A stretch of 64,000 nucleotides of DNA, from IMG/VR virus record IMGVR_UViG_3300030099_006786; one strand, given 5' to 3'. Origin of the DNA: an uncultured virus (IMG/VR IMGVR_UViG_3300030099_006786) (Duplodnaviria; Heunggongvirae; Uroviricota; Caudoviricetes). Positions 26,798-33,595 of the stretch are shown in pieces. How positions within the stretch are numbered: position 1 is the stretch's first letter; the number at the start of each line of letters is the position of its first letter. The position numbers and the translations under genes are program-made. Under the pieces are notes generated by a model that saw nothing but the letters and a program-made list of their open reading frames with translations, was not told the origin of the DNA and did not search any database.

Positions 26798-26841
26798 AAG
26801 ATAACACCAGCAAACCTAATAGTCAAGTCAAGAAGATGTCA
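26798..26841 (-). promoter_or_regulatory. Composite promoter, +5/+16 subtype
   Basis: TTGACT-17-TG-TATCTT. Confidence 0.75.
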
Positions 26842-27043
26842 GGTACATCACATCATAATTTTTCTCATCCACGATACATTCAACGCCATCGACCCAAACA
26901 CCCCAAAGCGCATAGTTAAACGTGCAATCGACCGGTGGATTAGGATCGGCGGGCTCCCATTCTCTTAAAACAATGGCAGGGTTTGACCAGTCATCAAGAC
27001 CGAAACCAACCGGCTTAAAAGAAATTAAATCACCGACTTTCAA
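26828..27043 (-). CDS. VGDLV-family small protein
   Basis: TTG start KVGDLI...AIVL...WGVW. Confidence 0.8.
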   Translation of the reverse strand: MKVGDLISFKPVGFGLDDWSNPAIVLREWEPADPNPPVDCTFNYALWGVWVDGVECIVDEKNYDVMYLTSS

Positions 27044-27251
27044 CGAATAACTCCAAATTCGTTACCGGAATATCAACGTAACGATTGCCAAATAAAACGG
27101 TAGCATGTAACTCAGGCTCGATTAATTTCCAATCAACAACAGTACCTAATTTATCAGTACGCCAACATTTTTTATCAACAAAGCCTGTGATGATACCAGC
27201 TTGAACATTTTTACCGCTGTTGGTTCTTTTAACCAAATCACCTATTTTCAT
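27030..27251 (-). CDS. VGDLV-family small protein
   Basis: Start moved to MKIGDLVKR; ends LELFVESR. Confidence 0.8.
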   Translation of the reverse strand: MKIGDLVKRTNSGKNVQAGIITGFVDKKCWRTDKLGTVVDWKLIEPELHATVLFGNRYVDIPVTNLELFVESR

Positions 27252-27681
27252 TTTGCTTAGTTCCTTCATATTCATATAGCCCTTGGCAATTCCATCCTGT
27301 AAACCTTTCCATATTTACAAATAAAGTTCCCTTAATCATATCAATACTGGCTGGATCACTTTTTGTGTTCCAATCCATTCTCATTTTCCACAAGCCGTCA
27401 TCGCATTCAAAAATTGCTCTTACCTCACAAGATTTTTCCTTATTGCTGACTTTGACAAGATGGCACCCAGCATTGGGATTCGGAGAAGGCACGCCATAAA
27501 TAACATTCAAAAGTGTATCTTCTAAGCTACCACATTTAGTTTCTAAAGAGTCAAATTTTACCTGATACTTGCCATCAACAATAGGCTGTGTGCATTCATA
27601 TTTAACTGTGGCCGAGTCAATTTGTTGCGTTTCGCCTCCGCATGTTAAAAGCCCTAAAATTAAAATTATTTTACTTTTCAT
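27238..27681 (-). CDS. Putative Cys-rich lipoprotein
   Basis: MKSKIILILGLLTC lipobox-like; six further Cys. Confidence 0.65.
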   Translation of the reverse strand: MKSKIILILGLLTCGGETQQIDSATVKYECTQPIVDGKYQVKFDSLETKCGSLEDTLLNVIYGVPSPNPNAGCHLVKVSNKEKSCEVRAIFECDDGLWKMRMDWNTKSDPASIDMIKGTLFVNMERFTGWNCQGLYEYEGTKQNENR

Positions 27682-27931
27682 AATATGCATTCTCTGTATT
27701 ACTATGATCAGTCAGATCAGTGATGCTTGTAACGCTTGGAAATTCCTCAGTAAGATAAGCAGCAACTTGGCCCTGAAGTGTGGCCTTGGAAGCAGCACAC
27801 CCCTGACAACCGCCACTAAGGGTGACATAAAGAACGCCGTCATCAAAATTTTCAATTGTTAAATGACCGTCGTGCCCAGCGAGTGCAGGGTTTATATATG
27901 TATCAACAAATTCTCTTATTTCGTCAATCAT
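27671..27931 (-). CDS. NifU/NfuA C-terminal Fe-S carrier domain protein
   Basis: INPALAGHDG...LSGGCQGC. Confidence 0.9.
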   Translation of the reverse strand: MIDEIREFVDTYINPALAGHDGHLTIENFDDGVLYVTLSGGCQGCAASKATLQGQVAAYLTEEFPSVTSITDLTDHSNTENAYYEK

Positions 27932-28035
27932 TTTTTATCCTTGAATGAATCATCTGTAGCAAGTTTATAAAGCCAAAACCCAAATACCAAAAAAATTGGA
28001 CCCAAAACCATTGTAAAAAAATCAATCAACAACAT
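27928..28035 (-). CDS. 35-aa single-TM peptide (not in track)
   Basis: GGAG RBS; fills gap with overlaps at both ends. Confidence 0.5.
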   Translation of the reverse strand: MLLIDFFTMVLGPIFLVFGFWLYKLATDDSFKDKK

Positions 28036-28198
28036 CACATAGCTCCAATTTCTTTGCTTGCTCTATAGTATAATGCCAATCTCCGGGTATGTCAATCCAC
28101 TTTACAATAATATAACTTTCCGTGATATTAATAATTTCGCCAGAAGCCGAATCATATTTCCACATCGGCTCCATTTTAACTTTGTCACCTATTTTCAC
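28022..28198 (-). CDS. VGDLV-family small protein
   Basis: GTG start KIGDKV...GEII...IVKW. Confidence 0.8.
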   Translation of the reverse strand: MKIGDKVKMEPMWKYDSASGEIINITESYIIVKWIDIPGDWHYTIEQAKKLELCDVVD

Positions 28199-28376
28199 CA
28201 ACAACCTCCAAAACTTGCGTATCAAACCATTCAGTTTCGCCGCTAGTAAATGTGACTTTAGCAGAATGTGTCATGTGTCCCGTTCGAGATAATTGAACAA
28301 CAACACCTAACTGAGTTACATAATCTGCAAACTCATGAGGTACTGTTTCATATTTAACAAGGTCACCGACCTTCAT
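28185..28376 (-). CDS. VGDLV-family small protein
   Basis: MKVGDLVKY...LGVVV...LEVVGENR. Confidence 0.8.
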   Translation of the reverse strand: MKVGDLVKYETVPHEFADYVTQLGVVVQLSRTGHMTHSAKVTFTSGETEWFDTQVLEVVGENR

Positions 28377-28842
28377 GTCTTTTCTTGTGCTCCAACTTCA
28401 TAAGTAAATACTTCTTATTTTCTCTAGCTTCCTTCCAAGCAGAATAAAAAATCTTAGCCGATTGTGCTTTTTCGCATGTCAATGCATCAGGCTCTTGTGG
28501 AATAATTGTACCATCATGATTATATTTTTTACCGTCGCGGTGATTTGCGTAGCGCCGGGCTCTGGTAAACCCCATGTGTAAAAATTTCTTAGCCATGTCA
28601 GCACCAACAAAATCGCCAGTATTGACATAGCCATAGAACATAGATAAAATGTTTTGACTTGATACTTGTGCTTCTCTAATTGTTTTGAATCGCCAGTATT
28701 TACAAATCGTAGATTTATAAGGCTCGCAAATTAAAACACCTTGTTGACCACGACCAATTCGGTATAATTCTGGATGCTTCATATAATCAACATCAGGATT
28801 CCATTTTTCAAAATATGATTTATCGACTTGTTGCCTAGCCAC
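28363..28842 (-). CDS. DUF4385-like protein
   Basis: YRIGRGQQGVL.EPYKS...WRFKT...DMAKKFLHMGFTRARRYANH. Confidence 0.8.
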   Translation of the reverse strand: MARQQVDKSYFEKWNPDVDYMKHPELYRIGRGQQGVLICEPYKSTICKYWRFKTIREAQVSSQNILSMFYGYVNTGDFVGADMAKKFLHMGFTRARRYANHRDGKKYNHDGTIIPQEPDALTCEKAQSAKIFYSAWKEARENKKYLLMKLEHKKRHEGR

Positions 28843-29108
28843 TACTTTTCCTTTGGAAATCTGCCTTGATTACCCATTCCGTCATAATCAACAAAATCAG
28901 TCTCAGTCTTATTATAGCTTGATTCTTTTTCACTGTCAAGTTTTTTAACTAGCAAATCTGATAGTTTTTCAATTTCTTCCATAGCTGATGCATATAAGCG
29001 CAATTTGCCGTTACGTTGTAGGTGTAGTGCTTCTGATTGCAGTCTAGCAATTTTCTTTTTTAATTTGTTAACTTCTCTGTTATGTAAAAAATCTTTGATA
29101 AATTTCAT
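28842..29108 (-). CDS. DUF6435-like helical protein
   Basis: EALHLQRNGKLRLYA. Confidence 0.6.
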   Translation of the reverse strand: MKFIKDFLHNREVNKLKKKIARLQSEALHLQRNGKLRLYASAMEEIEKLSDLLVKKLDSEKESSYNKTETDFVDYDGMGNQGRFPKEK

Positions 29109-29440
29109 TGTTTCCTCTTTGGTAAATATGGCCTTATGCCGTATGCAAAAATATAATAACCACTATCGAAAATTGTTTTAATCACAGGCAATCGAGAAAA
29201 GCAGACAGATTTCTTGAACCCCATTTTCTCATACATCAGTCTAAATGTTTCAGGGCCTTTGGTTGCTTTTTGATCAAACCAGCCAATCATTTCTTTCTCA
29301 AAATCTGCTACATTACCGTCAAAATCATTAGCACTAATGTCAATAAATTTGATGCCGCAGGCTTCTGCCCGGTTACGAATCGCACCAATTTCCAGAGAGC
29401 AGACATAACAACTTTCATCATAATAAACTTTGTCAGACAT
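29105..29440 (-). CDS. DCC1-like (DUF393) thiol-disulfide oxidoreductase
   Basis: VYYDESCYVC (DxxCxxC), FIDIS. Confidence 0.85.
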   Translation of the reverse strand: MSDKVYYDESCYVCSLEIGAIRNRAEACGIKFIDISANDFDGNVADFEKEMIGWFDQKATKGPETFRLMYEKMGFKKSVCFSRLPVIKTIFDSGYYIFAYGIRPYLPKRKQ

Positions 29441-29535
29441 TAATTTTTCATATTATCAATAATGTAAAGTGAATAAAAGAAGCCGAGAACGATAAACGCC
29501 ACAACTCCATTTACAAATACTTGATAATGCTCCAT
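29440..29535 (-). CDS. 31-aa single-TM peptide (not in track)
   Basis: AGGAG RBS. Confidence 0.55.
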   Translation of the reverse strand: MEHYQVFVNGVVAFIVLGFFYSLYIIDNMKN

Positions 29536-29543
29536 GTAAACTC

Positions 29544-29723
29544 CTATTTTTTCTTCACAGGTAAATTACTTTCTGAAAACTTTAGACCTAAACATTCTTC
29601 ACAGATTTCTGTCTCCATGATTGTTTTTCTTGACAACTCTATAATTGCACGTCTATGAAAACCAATCATGTTTAAATGTGATTGAATGCATCTATCTATT
29701 AGGTTTTTTTCGTAGTCATTCAC
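29544..29723 (-). CDS. Hypothetical protein
   Basis: GTG start behind GAGG. Confidence 0.55.
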   Translation of the reverse strand: MNDYEKNLIDRCIQSHLNMIGFHRRAIIELSRKTIMETEICEECLGLKFSESNLPVKKK

Positions 29724-29949
29724 CGGTATCTTCCTCTTGGCAAACAATCACAGCATCACGGCTTTCATGCAATTTGACAACGTAAAAAACTTTGCCTTCA
29801 TAAATCTCACATGGAAAAGCGTTAACCGGCATTACAGCTATTGAAGGCCCACCGTTAGATGCAGGGTTTGAATTTAATTCGACAGTTGCAAAATGCTCGT
29901 CGAATGAATCTACCATGCCCAATAAAACAAATGTTGTTAATACTTTCAT
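29716..29949 (-). CDS. Hypothetical protein
   Basis: Start moved to MKVLTTF (ATGA overlap). Confidence 0.7.
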   Translation of the reverse strand: MKVLTTFVLLGMVDSFDEHFATVELNSNPASNGGPSIAVMPVNAFPCEIYEGKVFYVVKLHESRDAVIVCQEEDTGE

Positions 29950-30152
29950 TGATACAACTCCAAATAAGTAATCCATTCCTCAGATATTTGCCCATCATTC
30001 CATCGAATTCTTAATCTTCGAGTATGCGTACCTTTAGACTCTACCTCAGATATAACGATACCGGGTAGTGATTTAAAAGAATCAGTATACTTTTCCCACT
30101 TAAAAGATGCTGATGGGCTTGGGATATATTTTACTAAATCACCTACTCTCAT
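29946..30152 (-). CDS. VGDLV-family small protein
   Basis: Start moved to MRVGDLVKY; GIVI...IRWNDG...EW..YLE. Confidence 0.8.
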   Translation of the reverse strand: MRVGDLVKYIPSPSASFKWEKYTDSFKSLPGIVISEVESKGTHTRRLRIRWNDGQISEEWITYLELYQ

Positions 30153-30378
30153 TTTTCTTACGCTTTTTCTTATCTTTAGCATCGGCGGTAGCCACAGGCT
30201 CAGACGAATACGACTTGAATTGAAACAACGCGAATTCGTAACCACTCTCAACATTCTGGTCAATTTGATTACGAAGATACTTTGTTTTAATAGGATTGTC
30301 AGCAGCCCAGTTCAATCCCAAATAAGCTGCTAACGGTGTCATGATGATTTTAAAAATAGTTTTCACTTTTGCCTCCAA
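30139..30378 (-). CDS. Hypothetical protein with N-terminal hydrophobic segment
   Basis: Follows promoter; ends KNESR. Confidence 0.7.
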   Translation of the reverse strand: MEAKVKTIFKIIMTPLAAYLGLNWAADNPIKTKYLRNQIDQNVESGYEFALFQFKSYSSEPVATADAKDKKKRKKNESR

Positions 30379-30383
30379 TATAT

Positions 30384-30412
30384 AATATAATACACGCTAA
30401 TATAAAAGTCAA
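30384..30412 (-). promoter_or_regulatory. sigma70-type promoter
   Basis: TTGACT-17-TATATT. Confidence 0.7.
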
Positions 30413-30648
30413 GATATTTTTTTAATTATCTGAAAATCAAAAACCCACACTTTAGGTTTTTCGTTTTTACGATAAGGGACGCCGTCCTTAATTAAATTTC
30501 TAACATCTTTAAGATCATAAATGATAGCATCCCAGCCATCAACACCAAGTTCTCCTTTTTTTGGAGAATAACGATTAATTAATTTAACCTTTACATTTGA
30601 CTTGGCGAATGATTTGACAAGAACCTTGTCGTTTATTTTATATTTCAC
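30409..30648 (-). CDS. VGDLV-like small protein (divergent)
   Basis: YKINDKVLVK. Confidence 0.65.
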   Translation of the reverse strand: MKYKINDKVLVKSFAKSNVKVKLINRYSPKKGELGVDGWDAIIYDLKDVRNLIKDGVPYRKNEKPKVWVFDFQIIKKIS

Positions 30649-30650
30649 TT

Positions 30651-30890
30651 TTATTGAAATTTATCAAACAATTGATTAATGTCATTGGCTACGTTTTTCT
30701 TGAATAAGTTAAGATCGTTTGTAACCAAATGCAATTCATCAGTTAAAGAACTAACTCTATCTTGAAGTCTACTAATCTCTGTGTTTTGTTCATTAATTGT
30801 TTGACGTAATTCTGAGTTATCGTCAACAATATGGGTTTGTGGTTCCTGTGGCATTTCTTTCTCCTTTTGTTTAAAAAATATATTCCACAT
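30651..30890 (-). CDS. Coiled-coil hypothetical protein
   Basis: Heptad pattern, GGAG RBS. Confidence 0.7.
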   Translation of the reverse strand: MWNIFFKQKEKEMPQEPQTHIVDDNSELRQTINEQNTEISRLQDRVSSLTDELHLVTNDLNLFKKNVANDINQLFDKFQ

Positions 30891-30910
30891 ATATTACTCT
30901 CTCTCTAAAA

Positions 30911-30987
30911 TGGCTACCCCTCGCAGACTCGAACTGCGGACCCGCTGATTAACAGTCAGCTGCTCTAACCAACTGAGCTAAGGGGTA
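30911..30987 (-). tRNA. tRNA-Asn(GUU)
   Basis: TACCCCTTAGCTCAG..., GCTGA-CTGTTAA-TCAGC, TTCGAG, GCCA end. Confidence 0.95.
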
Positions 30988-30990
30988 ATA

Positions 30991-31084
30991 CTGGAAGGGT
31001 AGGATTCGAACCTACAAAGTGCGTTTTCACGTTATCACCACCACCGAAACAGGATGGCGCGTCTGCCAATTCCGCCACCTCCCA
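30991..31084 (-). tRNA. Non-canonical class II tRNA-like RNA, anticodon GUU
   Basis: 7-bp acceptor TGGGAGG/CCTTCCA, Leu/Ser-type D arm, CCATC-CTGTTTC-GGTGG arm, 25-nt variable arm, GTAGG-TTCGAAT-CCTAC, G73, no CCA. Confidence 0.8.
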
Positions 31085-31090
31085 ATTAAA

Positions 31091-31279
31091 TTATTTATTA
31101 TCTTCGATGATTTGATTAATGATAATCTTTAAATCATTTGCTGAAAGTTTCGATGTGTCAGATATGTTATCTAACGCTTCTTTGATTTTTTTCAATTTTC
31201 CTTCGATCCGATGAAGTGGATTGACGACAGCGATGCCAACCTGATTATAGTCAGGTGGCGGGAAATCGTGATAAGACAT
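31091..31279 (-). CDS. Hypothetical protein
   Basis: AGGAG RBS, CTAATTA motif upstream. Confidence 0.7.
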   Translation of the reverse strand: MSYHDFPPPDYNQVGIAVVNPLHRIEGKLKKIKEALDNISDTSKLSANDLKIIINQIIEDNK

Positions 31280-31310
31280 TTATGCTCCTAAAATAATTAG
31301 TGTTATTAAT

Positions 31311-31589
31311 TTAATATGTTTGAAAAATAGTATGATCCTTACCTTCTTCAACATCAGAAGAAATTGGATCAGGTCGCGGAGTGTGGATACATGCCGCTAT
31401 GCAATCCTCTCTTCTTGTCCATCGGACAAAAATTGCACTGTTATCGGTTCTTTCTTTAATTCGTGTAGCATACTGCAAGTAGGGATATTTCGCAACATAT
31501 TCCTTAAATGCTTGATCTATTTCTTCGCACGTTCCTGACACGCAACAATGTGTTGTGAAACAATCAAAAGGTATCTCATTTATAGTCAT
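31311..31589 (-). CDS. Hypothetical protein
   Basis: ATGA overlap. Confidence 0.7.
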   Translation of the reverse strand: MTINEIPFDCFTTHCCVSGTCEEIDQAFKEYVAKYPYLQYATRIKERTDNSAIFVRWTRREDCIAACIHTPRPDPISSDVEEGKDHTIFQTY

Positions 31590-31741
31590 TTTGCAGAATC
31601 CGTTGATGCTGAAACGGGTTGCTGGGGCGTGTCATCAAGATTACCAAGCCTGTAGATAGCCCAACGAAAACCAGTAATGAAAAAGGTGGCACTGCCAACA
31701 ATGCCAACCATTCCCATGAATTCCTGTAAATTAGATGTCAT
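31586..31741 (-). CDS. 51-aa single-TM protein (not in track)
   Basis: GGGAG RBS; FMGMVGIVGSATFFITGF. Confidence 0.6.
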   Translation of the reverse strand: MTSNLQEFMGMVGIVGSATFFITGFRWAIYRLGNLDDTPQQPVSASTDSAK

Positions 31742-31743
31742 TT

Positions 31744-31926
31744 TTACTCCCTAAAATAATTTGCAAGACCCATTAAGGTTGGTGCCCAAAGTCCAACAAA
31801 AATACCAAATCTCTCAGCATGCGCCGGATCACCATCGGCAGATACCCACACAAAAATGCTTGCTGCTACAGACACCAGCGATGCTACAAAAAAGGCCACT
31901 GATGTATTTTCATTTCTAATTAACAT
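31744..31926 (-). CDS. Two-TM small membrane protein
   Basis: AAGGAG RBS; GIFVGLWAPTL. Confidence 0.8.
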   Translation of the reverse strand: MLIRNENTSVAFFVASLVSVAASIFVWVSADGDPAHAERFGIFVGLWAPTLMGLANYFRE

Positions 31927-31948
31927 TTTATCTCCTTTTGTTATTAGA

Positions 31949-32025
31949 TGGCACGTCAGGCAGGGTTCGAACCTGCGACCCTCGGCTTAGAAGGCCGATG
32001 CTCTATCCAACTGAGCTACTGACGC
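31949..32025 (-). tRNA. tRNA-Arg(UCU)
   Basis: GCGTCAGTAGCTCAGTTGGATAGAGC, TCGGC-CTTCTAA-GCCGA, GCCA end. Confidence 0.95.
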
Positions 32026-32033
32026 ATATTGAT

Positions 32034-32062
32034 AGTATAACCTTTGGTTGTCGCTTTGTCAA
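32034..32062 (-). promoter_or_regulatory. sigma70-type promoter (tRNA-Arg)
   Basis: TTGACA-17-TATACT. Confidence 0.75.
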
Positions 32063-32236
32063 TTAAAGTTTATTGATTAGTGTATTTTTTACTGGCGCAG
32101 AAAATACCAATTCATCTTTTTCATCGTGAAAATGATAAGCATTTTCACTTATTGAGTATCTAGCGGCGGTAACTGTAAATGATAGTTCTCGTCTGGTCCT
32201 AGCGGCACTTCTTGAAATTACTTCATATTTATTCAT
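32063..32236 (-). CDS. Hypothetical protein (57 aa, not in track)
   Basis: TAAGGA RBS; MNKYEVISR... Confidence 0.65.
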   Translation of the reverse strand: MNKYEVISRSAARTRRELSFTVTAARYSISENAYHFHDEKDELVFSAPVKNTLINKL

Positions 32237-32279
32237 TTGTTTTATCCTTATGGTGGGTTAATATAACTAATATAATCGC

Positions 32280-32474
32280 TTAGAACGGCAAGTCAACAAT
32301 ATCATCAAAAGTCTTAACACTTGCTTGACCGTCAATCAAAAGAACAAGACAGGCTTCTTGATCCACTCGCTTTTCATGGATCTCATACCAAGCCGCTGTT
32401 CGATCATGTGTTGCAACGTGAGTCTCAAAGTTATACTTACCATCAGTATTTTGAAAAACTGCTGTGTAGATCAT
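32280..32474 (-). CDS. Hypothetical protein
   Basis: Start moved to MIYTAV behind GGGAG. Confidence 0.7.
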   Translation of the reverse strand: MIYTAVFQNTDGKYNFETHVATHDRTAAWYEIHEKRVDQEACLVLLIDGQASVKTFDDIVDLPF

Positions 32475-32493
32475 TTTTTCTCCCATTTCATAT

Positions 32494-32522
32494 ATTATAG
32501 TCACAAAATTTGTTCTTGTCAA
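32494..32522 (-). promoter_or_regulatory. sigma70-type promoter
   Basis: TTGACA-17-TATAAT. Confidence 0.8.
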
Positions 32523-32554
32523 GAGTTATCTACTAATTAATTCGGGTAGGTTAG

Positions 32555-32770
32555 ATGTTGTATGTTGTTTTGGGCGTAAGCCTGCTGATCAACTGCATGG
32601 TTATGTATATCGCATATCTCTTTTTGAAAAAGCCAAAGATAGAAAAACCGCAGGTGATTGACAAACCAAAATTAAACGAACGTGATGCTGCAATTGATTT
32701 TTTGTCGAGGCAGAAACTTGTGTATTGTCCTGAAGAAAAGGGCTACGTTGTGAGGCGACAAATAAATTAG
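32555..32770 (+). CDS. Single-TM membrane protein
   Basis: Fills a gene-free gap, TAGGT RBS, CTAATTA motif upstream on plus strand. Confidence 0.7.
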   Translation: MLYVVLGVSLLINCMVMYIAYLFLKKPKIEKPQVIDKPKLNERDAAIDFLSRQKLVYCPEEKGYVVRRQIN

Positions 32771-33153
32771 CCCTCATGTGATGACTTGGGAAAGTTGACG
32801 CCTCGCTGAATCACTTGCACATCAAACGAGAGTGATTCAAAATGTTCTACAAGTTCTTCGACAGCAGTTTGAGTATCAAATTTTTTACAACTGAAAATAT
32901 CTACAAAGCAATAGCCTTTTTCTTGAAATGTGTGAATAGAACAGTGACTTTCGGCTAATACCACGACGCCTGTAACACCACAATCCTCTGGGTATTTACC
33001 TGAGTAGTAAAATACATCAGGCTCGGAGATTCTAGTCATGCCTATTTTTTCTGGCAAGTTCAAGAGAATGTCATAAATTAACTCTTTACTGGCTAAAGTT
33101 TCTTTGTTGCAATTTTTCAAATCTAGTATTAAGTGTGGTCCGAAATAAGACAT
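32767..33153 (-). CDS. speD: S-adenosylmethionine decarboxylase proenzyme (class 1b pyruvoyl family)
   Basis: GPHLILD, GVTGVVVLAESHCSIHT self-cleavage motif, VDIFSC. Confidence 0.92.
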   Translation of the reverse strand: MSYFGPHLILDLKNCNKETLASKELIYDILLNLPEKIGMTRISEPDVFYYSGKYPEDCGVTGVVVLAESHCSIHTFQEKGYCFVDIFSCKKFDTQTAVEELVEHFESLSFDVQVIQRGVNFPKSSHEG

Positions 33154-33181
33154 AATTTACCCTCATGCAGTAATTATCTAA

Positions 33182-33367
33182 TTAGTTCTTTTTTCCTATA
33201 TCAATTATGTCATTTTGGCCATTTTCTAAACTTGTCAGAACAGTCGTCAGATATTCAGTTTGAATTTTACAATCTAAAATTTCTCGGCGTAGACGTTCTT
33301 CTTTATCCTTCAGTATTTGTAGCTGAATAGAACAAAAGTTTCGTATCTCATCAGCTAAAGAATCCAT
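33182..33367 (-). CDS. Small coiled-coil protein
   Basis: ORF abutting neighbours. Confidence 0.6.
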   Translation of the reverse strand: MDSLADEIRNFCSIQLQILKDKEERLRREILDCKIQTEYLTTVLTSLENGQNDIIDIGKKN

Positions 33368-33595
33368 TTAACGGCCACAACCTTTACAACCACCGATTCC
33401 TTTCTTGCGGTCATCCCTTGTTATTAAAACTTTTTTGAAGGTTTCTTTTTTATCCTCCATAAGTTTTCCGTTTAAAAAACCTTTAATTGTTTCACCAGTG
33501 TAAGCGGTACACAGAACTATTGCATTACTGGGTGCATGGTAAAGATGAATACCGGGGTAAATATAATCATCCTCATTTATTTCTTCAAATTTCAT
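33368..33595 (-). CDS. Hypothetical protein
   Basis: TAATG overlap; C-terminal GCKGCG. Confidence 0.7.
   Translation of the reverse strand: MKFEEINEDDYIYPGIHLYHAPSNAIVLCTAYTGETIKGFLNGKLMEDKKETFKKVLITRDDRKKGIGGCKGCGR

Noticed and set aside
12953..26813. Apparent shared N-terminus MLYY(K/M/L)Y(R/N)K in ORF-track proteins
   Set aside because: Artefact of translating the promoter TGTTATATTATA and RBS; real starts lie behind AAGGAG
11319..26841. Recurring intergenic repeat as a CRISPR array or integron attC sites
   Set aside because: Units are degenerate, non-palindromic, separated by whole genes and parse as -35/-10 promoters; no cas or integrase gene in the window
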